Origin: Epiperipatus broadwayi
Taxonomy: Eukaryota > Animalia > Onychophora
Reading direction: 5' to 3'
DNA length: 64,000 nucleotides
Assembly: GCA_028023455.1 (NCBI GenBank)
Contig: JAQFVV010000010.1
Span: forward strand, 5,084,001 to 5,148,000
The notes below the pieces were generated by a model that made no database searches, was not told where the DNA came from, and saw nothing but the letters and a program-made list of their open reading frames with translations. A program made the position numbers and the translations under genes. Positions 12,031 to 25,398 of this stretch are shown piece by piece (positions within the stretch are counted from its first letter, which is position 1; the number at the start of each line of letters is the position of its first letter).

Positions 12031-14791
12031 GCGAGAACAGTCAAATCTGGCTAGAGGTGAAGATTAATGAGAGATTGATGGGCCATATGTTCTTGATTGT
12101 ATCTGGACTAATCTATGATGTGGTGTTGGGTTCCGACTTTCTAACCCAAAATCATGGAATTATCAATTTCTTCAGAAGAAAATGCCTGTTCGACAATGAA
12201 TCAACACATTTCAAAGTGACCCACCAAGCCGTACCTGAGAAGCAAAGCTGCTTGATCCAGCCTGTTGATTCAGCATTGATTGAACAAAAGGTCCGTGACT
12301 CAGCAATTACAGGGTCCAAAGATAAAAGAAGTATCCAAAGCAAATTAGAAAATTATGCTCAGGTGTTTGCCCAGACTCCTGGAAAAATAAAGGGGTATAC
12401 TCATAGAGTTCAAGTGAAGGAGGAATCGTACACCCAATCCAAAACATACCCCATCCCATTCCAATACCGGGTTGAGGTGGAAAAGCAGATTCAACAGATG
12501 ATCGAGTGGGATATTATTTAGTGGAGCCCATCTCCCTATAACAATCCACTGGTTGTGGTGAAAAAAAAAATGGAGATTTGCGGCTATGTTTGGATGCACG
12601 AAAATTAAATAGCATGACCATCCCTGAGAGAGACATCCCGCCACCGATCCAAGAAGTATTTGTCCAGTTGGCAGGGCAGACGATCTTTTCTACCTTAGAT
12701 CTTACCGCCAGTTATTGGCAGATGGCCCTAGACCCTCGTGACCGAAAGTGTACCGCATTTCGGTATGGAGGACATACCCATGTGTTTAAATGAGTCCCCT
12801 TTGGACTCATTAATAGTGGGGCAGGACTGATGCGATGTTTAAAACAAGTCCTATCCAAAGAGGTACAGAAAAATATGGTCTGCTATGTGGACGATATAGT
12901 AATTGCATCGAAAAACATCACTGAACATTTGAAATGCCTGGAACAATTTTTCCGTGAATGTGCCCAAGAAAACATAACTATTAACTTGGAAAAGAGTCGC
13001 TTTGCAGTAATAGAAATTACATTCCTTGGACATGTTGTAACTGAGTATGGGGTCAAAGTCCACCCTGAGAAAGTAGAAGCCATCGAGCACTTCCCCAAAC
13101 CAAAAACTCGGAAACAGGTCCGATCTTTCCTAGGGCTTTGTAACTTCTATCACCGGTTTTACCCAAATTTTGCTCATGAGACAGGAAAGCTGATAGAGTT
13201 ACTAAAGAAAGATCATAAATGGGAATGGACTGAAGCACATGACAAGGATTTTGAGAATATAAAAAAACATTTCCTTAAAGCTGTAATGTTGTGTCACCCT
13301 GATTTTACAAGGACCTTTTACATCCAGACTGATAGTAGCAAGCAGGGATTGGGGGCTGTGTTGCTCTATTTTTCTAGCCACTCCTTAAAGGGAGCCGAAG
13401 TACACTATACCACCACAGAGCAAGAAACCCTAGCAATCGTTTGGGCCTGCCAGAAATTCCGGCAATTTCTCCTGGGGTCTGACATGGTCATAGTGACTGA
13501 TCACAAATGTTTGGAATTCTTGAATAAGAGTTTCCTTACTAATGATCAATTGATCCGATGGAGCCTGGCCCTTCAACAGTTCCAATACAAAGTGGCTTAC
13601 TGCCCAGGGCATGAGAACATTGTGGCAGATATCCTAAGCCGCCATCCTGTACCTGCCAGTATCCAAAATCTCCAGCTGAGTGACCAGACCCTCAGAATCA
13701 TGGCCACGACCATGAAGACCCCTATTGAAACTGATTTGACAAATCTACGATATTGGCAAGATGACCAATATGCTAACATTATTTACAACCTGGGAACCAA
13801 TCACCTAATATGTACAAACAAAAGAAATGTGCAGCGATACTCCCAATTCCGCTTAAAAGATGGGATCCTGCAATGTAAAACAAAAGACATGGAGAACCCA
13901 TGGAAAATCATGACGCCAAATAAGATTAGGATGCAACTGGTCGAACACGTCCACAAAACCTTGGGACATTATGGGCCACAGAAAACTGAGGAAGCCTTGA
14001 GATGCCAATTTTACTGGCCAGGTATGTACACACAGATTCTCACAGTGTTACGGAAATGCACAACATGTGCCCGGACTAAGTTTCCGAACAAGTCTTATGC
14101 TGGAACTGTGAAACCCATAACTGGCCCAATGAGCTAATTGCAATCGACCACTATGGCCTATTGCCCAAATTTAGAAAGTTCCAATATTTACTCGTGACCT
14201 ATGATGTTTTTTCCAAATATGTACGAGCATATCCTGTCCGGGCTGCAGACTCAAGGAATATGATTCGGACCCTCCAAGATAAACAATTCCCTGAGGTGGG
14301 AAAACCTAATTCTATTCTATCAGATCATGGTTCAGCCTTCACCTCTAAGGAATGGAAAAGCTGGCTTTTGAAGCAACAACTCACTCATCGGTTGACATCG
14401 ATTAGGAATCCCCAATCTAACCCATGCGAAAGAGTCATGAGAGAACTCAATCGTCTCTTTCGCACCTACATATCAACCAACCACCGGGATTGGGTAAATA
14501 AAACCCCAGATGATAAATGAGTCTACCGGTTTTACGCCCGAACACCTTCACTATGGGAAGCCATGTCGCAACTTATTTCCAAACCTGGTGCCACTAGATG
14601 AAATAGTTATTGACCCTATTCGAGACCAAGAAGCTGCTAGAAGACGGTTGGCCCGGGCAGCTGAAAATCACATAAAGAGGGGATGGATGCAATGTCACCA
14701 ATTTCAGGAAGGCGATCAAGTATGGTTGAGATCTCCCAAGACTAGCAGTGTAGTAAAAAAGGAGTTTAAAAAATTTTTTTCCCTTGTATAG
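11973..14791 (+). pseudogene. Gypsy pol (PR C-part, RT, RNase H, integrase) broken by frameshifts and stops
   Basis: RLCLDARKLN, FSTLDLTASYWQ, CYVDDIVI (RT); YIQTDSSKQGLGAVL, EQETLAIVWA (RNase H); H-x6-H...CTTC zinc finger, ILSDHGSAF, NPQSNPCERVMREL (integrase). Split over ORFs 11973, 12578, 12830, 14161 and 14510. Confidence 0.93.
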
Positions 14792-15158
14792 TGGACCATA
14801 CCTTGTTCGGAGATGTCATGAAAATGCTTTTCTATTGGAAGGAGAAAATGGGTTTAATGGCATCTATAATGCATGACAATTGAAACCATACACACCACCT
14901 GATCCTCATACCAAATATTTCAGTTAATGAAAAAAACAGCAAGAAGTTGAAATAAAAATATAAAAAGGAATGAAAGACTCTTTCTTCTCCATACTAAAAA
15001 CTTGATTCAAATAAGAAGGCAGTTTTGTTTTTTTTGTCCACAAGGAGCAAAGTTTTCATGCTCATTTATTAAGGTTGTTTTTCTCACCAACATTATATTA
15101 GACTCCAACAAAGGTATTTTTTATTGATTTTTTTTTGATCACTTTAAGTGGGGAAGAA

Positions 15159-16410
15159 TGAAGCAGTCAATGTCTAATCATCATTGAGCTTCATGCTTAA
15201 CCATCTACACTAACCTCCTATGGGGCCTGCAATTCAGACCCCAATGTAAATATATGCCATTCACCCACACACTGTATGCATAATGATCCAAAAACATTAA
15301 TAAGATATTTAGCAAAGTAAAACAGTAGGGTGAGTGGTGCGTATATATATATATGAACGAAGCAATAATTTTATTTATTGCTGAATATTAGATGTTTTCT
15401 TTATATAATTGTAAATATCTTTTTATATATGTGTATTTAATTAAACTAGTGGAATGTAATGACAAAGAAAGATGGGAAGGGCTTGAAATACTGAAATTAT
15501 CTTTATCTATAGTCAGATTGTTTTCATTAATTAAAATTATAAATCTTAATTAAAATTCTTTTTTAGTTGTTTTCAAATCTCTAAAAATAGCTAAAATGGT
15601 ATTTCCAGCCTTATCTGTTTTATTTTGTTAATTAAATATTTTACTAATCAAACATGTTTTTTTTTTTAATTAAGAGATAGCTGTGGGCAACTGAGATTGC
15701 ATTCTTGGTGGGATTAAGGTGGATAAAAAAAAGGCCCATAGAACAAAAGAGTTTTTTTTTCAGTTGAGATTTGAGTCAGTTGAGTTGAGTTCTTTTTCAG
15801 TCAGTTACTTTCGAAGGGTTTCAAGACCGTAACATTTTAAGAAGTCAAGAGAAGTTCGGTGCTATGAATTGTGAGTAGAAAAGAAGCACCTTTTTTTCTT
15901 CTTCTCTCGAAGAACTGTCTGCCTGCCACTGCCATGTTCCATCTAGCTGACCATACAACATGATTACTTCTGACTGCTGATTGCTAATGATGCCGCTATG
16001 CTGTTTTTTTCTTAGGTAACCTTTTAACGTAGAACTGTCTTCATAAGTCAATACTTTTGTAATTTGTAATCTATAGTTCAACCTTCATATCTTAATTTAT
16101 ATATTATTTTATAAGCTTCTGCTAAATTTTGCTTTTAAACTCTCTCTCAGTAATCTTTTATTAATATCATGTATTTTAACTTACCTTTCACGCTTAATTA
16201 AATTATATATATAAATATGAGCACGGATTTAAAATAATTTTAGTGTGTCATCAGAATTGTTGTTCATTGGGTCAGAGAGTCGAAGAATAGGCAAATAGGT
16301 TAGAATTCAGGATTGCTCCAGACCTGGGTATCTTGAGCAGGATCGGGTTCGAGGTACTTTTGCTTAAGATTTGAATCTTGTTAAGTGAGCATACTATTTT
16401 GACTGGTACA
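15159..16410 (+). repeat. 3' LTR
   Basis: Directly follows the PPT; near-identical to 8807-10054. Confidence 0.95.
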
Positions 16411-17420
16411 GTATATCAAAATTTCTAATTATATCTACATTTTCAGACAGTAGTCTTTTACCTTATTAGTCAATTACTAATTACTTGAAAGTTAAGTTTT
16501 TTGCAGAAGAATTTGGATTTACTTAATTTAATTGTTAGATTCATTTTTCTATGTTCAGAAAATACTTCCATCTCTAAATTTGCCCCCAAATTATACAGAT
16601 TGATCAGATGGGTATAATGTAGTGATTATAAAAATGACAACTATTATGTAATACAGCATTCACCTTCAGTATAAAGGATATTATACTCCTATGGATTCTG
16701 AGCTCATATTTACCATAATTTGTTGCATACAAAAATTTCATCCATTTAAAACGTTTTCTATTACTCATCATCACTTTTAATATTCTAATACCCAATGTAA
16801 TGTAAGTAAAAGAATTATTCATGGTTCTCTGGGATAATTAATTAATTGAAACTTTCTAATAAATGATTAAAATTGAATTTTTTTTTTTCAGTAAGAGATA
16901 CTTGATAATATTCCAAATTCAAGTTAGTTGAACTAAATTAAGATATCTAGTTTATCTTTCATAGCAGTTATTCAATTTTGTATATTAATATTCAGGTATT
17001 ATTGTTTTCCTAGCTAATCCTAAATCTAAAGTCATTTTTCCATTTCTTCTAAATATTTATAAATAAAACACATTGAATTATTACAAAAGTGCTTGATTCA
17101 ACTTAGTAACATCTGCTTCTTTTACTTTTTTAATTGTGATCATTAACTTATCTGTGGCATCAAATGATATAATTTTGTAAATACTGGTGAATGCAGTAAG
17201 AGCAGTATCCAGCCTATCACCTGTTTCTAAGGCCATCTATTATAAGGATGATAAATCAATGGATAGAAAATATTAGCATCAATAAAATTCTCAAAACTAG
17301 TCTCAGGCTATTGAGTTTCATCAACAGAAAGTATAATACATCTAGCAGTTACCTTTATTTCTTTTAGTCTATTCATACTCGACACTCTAATAAAATATTA
17401 AACTCATCTGTGCGAACATA
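16411..17420 (+). mobile_element. Very old jockey/CR1-like LINE RT relic into which the Gypsy probably inserted
   Basis: Weak remnants, e.g. WIENISINKILKTSLRLLSFINRK near 17260-17330, resembling the 'HI..I..KA.K.LGFI.R' RT C-terminal motif. Confidence 0.3.
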
Positions 17421-17804
17421 TTATAAAAGTTATAACGTAAATTAAATTCTAAAATTCAAGTTAAAATGTAAGTTAAATTTTAAAGTAAAAGTAATACTAA
17501 AATGATTCAAAATCTCATATATGTTTAAATAAATGTTTGTGTGGGTTATTACTGGCAGTAGCTTCTTTTATTTTTGTTAATATTGAAAAAAATATTTTAA
17601 GAATTTATATTTTATAAATCTCTGCATCTCATTGAGCTAGTGGCATTGGGCTGATGGTCGGAATAAAATATATATATAATTTTTTTCTTCTTAACTTACA
17701 TATCTGCCTACTATATAAATTTTTCAGGTTCAAAATGCCTGGTGGCACCCTGTAGTGCAGATATGGTAAGACTGTTGAACTTCTAATTGATATCCGACCA
17801 TTAT

Positions 17805-18725
17805 AATTGTGCATAGAATTCTTATCTAGTCTACTCATCCAATATCCCCAGACTAGTTTCCAGCTTGTGGCTTTCATCAGTGTAAACAGCTTTTATGGGC
17901 ATAAAAAATAGTGATCATATAATGTTTAGTGGTTTAAAACCAATCATGCCCATTAGGATTATGATGACTCTGGTTATTAAAGAACCAAAGACACCAAAAT
18001 GTATGGATGCTGAACTGATTTCAGATCTACACAACTATACAAGCTAATGAGCTTGAAAGTTTTATAGTTAGCTAATAAGATAAAAAGTGGCTGCTGGAGG
18101 GTTGCATTAGATTCTAAGATCTAGGTGCAGTGCTTTCAGTGCCAAAGCTCCTCACTGATAAAAGCCACAAGATTGAAACTAATCTGATGGAATGAGTAAG
18201 CACTAGATAGGGATTTTATGAAACCTTCTTACATCCATTAATTATTCTGGTGCTACTGTATGGAGAGTTAACCTCTGTGTAAACAGCTTGTGTATGCATA
18301 AGAACTGGTGATCATGTGATATCTAATGGTTTAAAACCCATCCTGCCTAACAGGATTATGGTGATTCTGGTTATTAAAGAATTAAAGACACCAAAAAGTA
18401 TGGATGCTGAACTGAGTTCAGATCTATATAACTATACAAGCTAATGAGCTTGAATTGAAAACATTATTGTGTTTTCATTTTGGGCTCAAAGCTTTATAAT
18501 TACTTAATGAGGTAAAAGGTGACTGCTAGAGGGTTGCATTAGATCCTAAGATCTAAGTGCAGTGCTCTCAGATCCAAGGCTCCTCACTAGACCATAAGCT
18601 GGAAACTAATTTGGGGATATTGGACGAGTAGTTATTAAATAGAGATTTTATGCACAAACCTTCTTGCACCCATTGATTACTCTGGCTTGCACTGGTGGCG
18701 CTACTGCATGGAGAGTTTAGCCTCT
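17805..18725 (+). repeat. Tandem dimer of the hammerhead-bearing repeat (17881-18275, 18276-18725) preceded by an inverted partial copy (17805-17882)
   Basis: Both units begin GTGTAAACAGCTT.T.TG..CATAA. Hammerhead-like motifs at 18149-18191 and (core-deleted) 18581-18617 on +, and at 17845-17882 on -. Confidence 0.88.
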
Positions 18726-19009
18726 TAGTACTATTGCACATAATGTAAATATATTACATGTAAGTAAAATAAAATATTTAATTGTATTTATATAAGTCTG
18801 TGTTTATTATATCTATAAATAAACACAAGATTTGACACAGACAGTTTTATTCTGATGAACTCAATAGATTCACAAAACTTTTTACCTCCATGGCTGGAAA
18901 TTTTTTTAAAAAACAATAAGACTTACTCCTGTGGGTTGTTTAGATTTTTGTCGTTAATTACAAAAAAAATTGATAACTAACATTATTAGAGCGTCAATAA
19001 AAATTAAAG

Positions 19010-21030
19010 AATCACTGTGAGCAGTTACTCATTAAAGAAAAATCAAAAATGGCAAATAAGAAAATGGCTTTCTTTACAAAAGTTTGATCTGGCCTATTCT
19101 GAAAATTGATCAATCTACATGGATCAAGTGCTTTTCTATATACAAGGTAATCAAATAAAGAGCCTGAAGTAAAATAAGTAAGATTTGTTACTATCTCTGG
19201 TTCTCAGATATACTAGATCTTACAATATTTCTGGCTGAGCTTGATTTTGGTAAAGCACAATCTCAACTATCAAACCTCTGGCCAAAATCCTTAATAATAA
19301 TGCAAAGATATCACTTCAATCTCTATACCCAAATAGAGGGAAAGAAAATGAATTTTTTATTCTAAAGTTCAGGAAGCTTGCATTTAGTTGTGATTTCGGA
19401 GACTTTAATTTTTGAATGAAAGGCCACAATCTTAGAGTCAAGCTGTTGTTAGACCTGAATGCCATGTTGATTTAGCAGTCTCTCGGGCAGTTCTAGATAA
19501 GTCTATGGTGATTCTGACCACTCAATTGAAGAAAACGAACCACAGTATAAAATTTGTCAATCAAAAAACTGGATCAAACAAATACAATACTGATAATAGA
19601 AAAAACTGCCGCAAATTAAAAGATTTTGCTACAGATTTGACAAACCAAAACACATACATAATGAATGACTGCATCAATATACAGTGTGTGGATATTAGAA
19701 ACATGTCACTCTCATAAAAGCTTGTTTTTTTTTTTATTTAAAAAAAAACAAGATCTAAGTATCTCAGAAATGAGTCCATTCCAAAAAGCTGGAAGGACAA
19801 TATAAAATCAAATAGTATCAACAACTGTATAAATTATGTTTAGTGGCATTGATTTTGCTTTCAAAAGCAGAATTATTATTAATGACATGCTGTTAACAAT
19901 GGAACTGGATATCTGTTTTGCAGTGCCCATTTTATTAGAAATTTGAGCAATTAATAATAGAAAAAAGTAATCATTGCTTCATCCTAGCAAAAGTGTGATT
20001 ATTGACTATCAAGGCAATCAATCATTATTCTTGTGTCAAACAAAGAGTTAAAGTTGCTGTGTCTGGTAAAACAATTCATTTGTTTCTTGTTGGATCTTCT
20101 GGTAATAATATCAATTTATTAGGTCATAACTGCTTCAATTACTCGTGCTTTACAGTGATGAAAGTGAATGAACTTATGAAAACAGAATCTAATAGGGTCT
20201 AGGACAATCCATAAAAACAAATGTGTTAAACTGTGAAAGAGATCTCCAGTTCTATATTGTATATTCAAAGGAACTACTAAATGGATTCTGGGAAGTTGTA
20301 ACCAAATTAAAAAAAATTGCAAACAGTGGTGGTTCAAATAGCAGATGAGCAGCAATACCACAAACATAGAGACCAGTTAAGGTTGTATTATGAGTCACCA
20401 GCTAGCAGTAAAGTCTCACCAGCTAATAGTGAAGAGTGATAAGCTTGCCTTAAAAGTTTACAAAGTTCAAAATAACTAGATCTACAATGAAAACATTAGA
20501 CCAGCTGATGAAGTTACCAAATTTGATGAAGCCAAATAACAAAGACAGTCACTGAAGCAACTCGGAGACTACTTCAGCAGGCCAATTTTAGCAGGGAGGG
20601 GGTGTTATAGCTCATCTTCAACTAGTGAAACTAGTCTAGATTCCACTTTATCTTGACTGGATTGAACATTCATTGCTACAAAACAATGGATATATAAATA
20701 GATAATATATCCAATAAAAGAAAAATACAAATAGGTGATTCTCAATAAATCTGATTGCTCTTTTTATGATAGGGGAATCTTAACTATAAATAGGCAGTCC
20801 ATTTAGAGGTAAAATCAGACAACAGCAATTAACTGTCATAACTGAGTGGCAATATACACATTGTTCACTATAAGGCTAAAGCAGTGAGGCAAGTTCACAT
20901 TGAACTGGAAGCGGCTAAAATATAGATATAAGCAAGCTGTCACAGAAGAGCTGAAAGTATCACCATTGGTTAATCTTTCAATAGACATATGGCAACAAAA
21001 CACTATACTGAGTCAATGTATCAGGCATAT
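19010..21030 (-). mobile_element. Decayed CR1-like LINE 5' portion (AP-endonuclease relic, putative ORF1 and 5' module), copy 1
   Basis: Collinear with 22490-23830 plus 24750-25370. Minus-strand remnants resemble CR1-type endonuclease motifs. Family assignment is tentative. Confidence 0.5.
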
Positions 21031-21048
21031 AGTACAGCAATCATTATT

Positions 21049-21178
21049 AAAACAGGCAAAACTCTCCATACAGTAGTGCCACTCAGTGCAAGCCAAAATA
21101 ATCAATGTATGAAGAGTTTTGCCTGTTTTAATAACAGTTATGAGCAAGCATAAGAAATGGTAATCATGTGATGTTTAG
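21049..21178. repeat. Snap-back fragment of the hammerhead-repeat family
   Basis: AAAACAGGCAAAACTCT...AGAGTTTTGCCTGTTTT inverted arms; flanked by AGCAATCATTATT / AGCAATTATTATT (21036-21048, 21179-21191). Confidence 0.75.
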
Positions 21179-21289
21179 AGCAATTATTATTGTATATATT
21201 TGTAAATATATTGTACATAAGCTGAATAAAATATTTAATCATATTTGTACAAGTCTGTGTTCATTACAATCATATAAACACAACAGCCT

Positions 21290-21800
21290 GGCAACAAAAA
21301 CTATGTCTACAATGCTTCTTGAGTCTCTAAAATCACAATAGGTCTCTGGTAATTTTTATTCTATAACTGAAACAATCTATTGAATAACATTTTTGAAACT
21401 ATCTTTGCTGTAATCAGTAATAATGATATTTCACAATAATTTGTACAGTTTTATTTATTTTCTTTGTTTTTAATAATTGGAAAAAATATTCATAAGATCA
21501 GTTGTCATTCAAACATTTTTAAAGCTAACATATTAGAATCTGCAGTCTTTCCATTTTTAAGATTACAAAGAGCTGTTTTGATTTCACTAACTGGATATCT
21601 TTGTCCAAATCTGAATGAGTAAATAAAATGGAATATATCATTAAAAGTCATCATCTCAGTTTTTGTATCATTATTTAAAACATGACCAATATACTCTTCT
21701 ACCACCTCATTATTATTATCATCATCATCATCATATAATAAAGTACCATTGAAAGATTTAATAGAACTGTGATACCATTTCTCAAGCCTATAAGCAACAA
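21290..21800 (-). mobile_element. Decayed LINE RT N-terminal fragment; second copy near 35400-35790
   Basis: Minus ORF 21505-21807 VSEIKTALCNLKNGKTADSNMLALKMFE matches the 'EI..AL..LKN.KA.G.D....E.LK' motif; shares CCTGGCAACAAAA.CTATGT with 35400. Confidence 0.5.
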
Positions 21801-22489
21801 AAACCATCTAGAATGACCACAATTGCAAACATCTGTATCTTCTTTGCAATTTGTTATATCTCAATTTACCTTCAACTAATGGACTAGTCCATTTACCATT
21901 TTATCTCGATCGGATTGAGCATTCATTGCCATAGGCCAATAGATATATAAATATATAACATATTCCAATAGAAGAAACAGGCCAATGGTTGATGATGCTC
22001 AGTGATGCTTATTGTTTTCATTATGCAAGGAATCTGGCTGTAAACAGTCAGTCCAGTTGGAGGTAAAGAGGGACAACAATTTACTGTCAAACGTGAATGC
22101 ATGTTGTCTGCTACATAGTTAAAGCAGTGAGCTAAGTTCACTTTAGAACTGAAAACTGCTAGAATCTAGATCAAACATAAGGCAAGCTTTCATAGAACAG
22201 CCAGAAATGTCAACCATACATAATCACAAGTCAAGCTGTCATGATACAGCTGGAAGTGATAGGTAAAACATAGAAGGATATCAGAAATCCCTTACATTAA
22301 TAGTTGCATGGCAACTAAACACTATACCAAGTCAATGATATCAGACAGAGGGATAAATTGTATATATATTGTGTATACACATATGCACATTTATTTTAAT
22401 TAATAAATATTTAATCATATTTTACAAGTTTGTGTTTATCATAATCACACAATAAATACAACCGTTAGTGCAGTCATTTCAAGATATTG

Positions 22490-25370
22490 ACAGCTAACAT
22501 TATTAGCACGTCAATAGAAATTTTAAGGTAAAAAAAAAATCAAAGGAGAATGGTTACTCATTAATTATACAAAATCACAAAATTTTTATTTTCTCTTGTA
22601 GCAAAAAGGAAAAAAAAAAAAAGCAAAAATCACTATGACCAATCCAACCTATCCTAAAAATTGGATATTCTATGGGATTCAAGTGATTTTCTATATGCAG
22701 GCTAATCAAATCAAAAACTCTCACTTAAAATTAGCCACATTGCTTGCATAGACAACCCCCTTGCTGCTGGCAGAGCTTGATAGATGAAGCACTATCTCTA
22801 CGGACAGCGTTTTTTTGTCTTAAATCGCTAATGATAATGCAGAGATATCACTTCAATCTCTGTACACAAGGGGAGGGAGAGAAAATGAGAAATCTTTGTC
22901 ATTAAGCTTAAAAGGTTTCCATTAAACCTAGATTTGGGGGTTTCCTCAATGGAGCCTTGAGAGAGATTATTTCTAGAATGAAACATCAACTCAGAGTCAA
23001 GCTGTTTATGGACCCTGATATTGTGCTTGATTCAGCTGCTTTTCAGGTGATTGAGTTCACAATCATTCAGACCACTCTATTAAATGGTTTATTCTAAAAA
23101 GAAAAACCAAGTACCTTGGAAAATGGAAGAGACCATTCTTTAAAACCAGAAAGACAATGTAAAATCAACAATGCCTATATAAATAATGTGAGGGGCATTG
23201 ATTCAGCTTTCAAATGCAAAATTATTTCTAAGGATACACCAATAACAATAGAGGACTCCAGATCTGCATAGGCCATTGTGTCAAAAATTACATGGACTAG
23301 GAATAGAAAAAATAATCATTGCTTGCATCATTACAGGAGAATGACTATTGACTATCAAGGCAATCAAATATCAATCTCGGGTCAAATAAAGTTAAAGTTA
23401 TTATGCCTAATAAAACTTGCTTTGTTGTGTCTGCTGGAAAGCATAGCAAATTATTAAACCATTATTAGTTTAATCACCTGGGCTTTATAATGACTAAAGT
23501 AAGCCAGATCACAAATAAAATTAATTCAAAAAGGTCTACTCAGAAATGATTGCAATAAACTGGATTTGAAGTGTAGGACAATCCATGAAAATAAAAGTGC
23601 TAAAATGTAGTAAGGTGGTCAAGTCTTATGCCATAAGCTCAAGGAAATCATAAAAATGGGTTCCAGCAATTGTAATTAAACTGAAAAGATTGCAAAGTAG
23701 TTGTTCAAACAAACTAGACAAAAAACTATAAGCACAGAAACCAGCTAAGATTAAACAATACATTACCAGTCAACAGTGAAAAGTCTTCATCTAATAGCAA
23801 AGAGATACTAGCCAGTAGTGATGGGTGTTATATTTGTATACAAAATTAATATAGAAAATAGAAAAAAGTACTCCAGAAGTAAAACCAAATAACGTTAATA
23901 GGAAAAGGGTTATTTCAATCTGAAAGAAAAAAAAGAGGTAGAATAAAAAATGTAAACAATTTTAAGTAAACAGAAATAATAAATAATATAGAATGTAGAA
24001 ATGGAAGCTTTGTGAAATGTTGTATTGGAAAACTGTGTACTAAGTAAATGATAAGAAAAGAAAGGAAGTACATATAAATGGTATACAACTGATCAAAGAA
24101 ATAGATATGAAAACAATAAGAGAATATCTGTTTGAGTGCACTAACTAATTCAGAAAGGAATTAAATTAAGTGTAGCCAAAAGAAAAACAAAATGCGGACT
24201 ATATGAACTGTAATTTAAAGAGCATTAGGGTCTTGTCTTGCCATAGTTCATTGCTGTCCATTTCGCCAGTTGAAGGCTCATAAGGTGTTCAACAATTGGG
24301 TAAAGCTGATGAGTGAAGGATGAAAATCCAGAGACTTGGATCTGATGGTACAGAAACCAAATAGAATTTTTACAGATTATACTGATCTTATTTTATGTAA
24401 ACGTCAAGGGTTCCCAAGGGTATAATAATTGTTAGGAAGTAAAACGTTAAGAGTAGTAAAATTTTATAGACAATGCTGAAGTACTGGAATTTTGCACAAA
24501 CTCAAGAGAAATGAGAACTGTAGCAGTAAATGCTGAAATTATTTCTGGCTAGTTATGTAAATACAAATTTATTTCAGATCAATGTTTATCTTTTCTATAT
24601 TACTATTATAAATAAATCTTTTTATTCTAATTATTATTATTATAAATGTTGAATGTATGTTGTTTTTTTCATGCCTTTTTGCAATTATTGCAGGGAGGGA
24701 AACACACTACAATGAGTCTACAAAGTTCAAAATTACCAGATTTACAAATGAGAATACCATACCTGATGATGAAGTCACTGAAATTGATGATGTCAAAAAG
24801 TGATGAAGACATTCACCAAAATGTCTGAATGGTTACCTCTTCAAGGTTAATTTTAGCCAAGTGAAGGGAATGTTATAGTTCATCTCACTTTCAACTAACC
24901 GATCTTATCTTGATCAAATTAAGCATTCATTATCACAGCCCAGTAGAAATATGAATAATGTACATTCAATAATAGAAACAGGCCAATGATTCTGTTTGTT
25001 TTCATTATGCAAGGAGATCTGGCAATAGTCAATTCAGTTGGTGATAAAGAGGGGTAACAATTTATGGACAACTTGAATCACAGTAAGCATGTTGTCTGCT
25101 ATACAAATAAAGCAGTGAGGCAAATTCAGTTTAAAATTGGAAGCTACTAGAACTAGATCAGACATAAGATAAGCTGTCATAGTGCAAATGGAAATGTCAT
25201 CATACTCACTCAAGAGGCAAACTGTCACAGAACAGCTGGAAGTGTCAACCATTTCTACTTGCAAAATTGTCATGGTACAAAAGAAACTGACAGGTAAAAC
25301 TTAGAATACCTAAACTCTCTTACATTTATAGTAGCATTGCAATTAAATGCTATACCAAACCAACAAAATT
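22490..25370 (-). mobile_element. Decayed CR1-like LINE 5' portion, copy 2, with an unrelated ~0.9-kb insert (about 23830-24740)
   Basis: Shared blocks with copy 1, e.g. GATATCACTTCAATCTCT, AGAGTCAAGCTGTT, ATTGACTATCAAGGCAATCAA. Confidence 0.5.
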
Positions 25371-25398
25371 GGGTGAAGGTATAACAGTTATATATATT

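Larger units (their letters stand above)
8807..16410 (+). mobile_element. Full-length Ty3/Gypsy LTR retrotransposon (7.6 kb), pol disrupted
   Basis: Two ~1.25-kb TG...CA LTRs; gag-PR-RT-RNaseH-IN domain order; polypurine tract GGGGAAGAA at 15150-15158; candidate 4-bp TSD GCAT/GTAT (one mismatch); no env-like ORF seen. Confidence 0.97.

Noticed and set aside
24300-24345. CTGATGAG followed by a GGAT-GAAA-ATCC hairpin as a hammerhead
   Set aside because: The GAAA is the loop of the hairpin; no GAAA follows stem II and there is no stem I or III.
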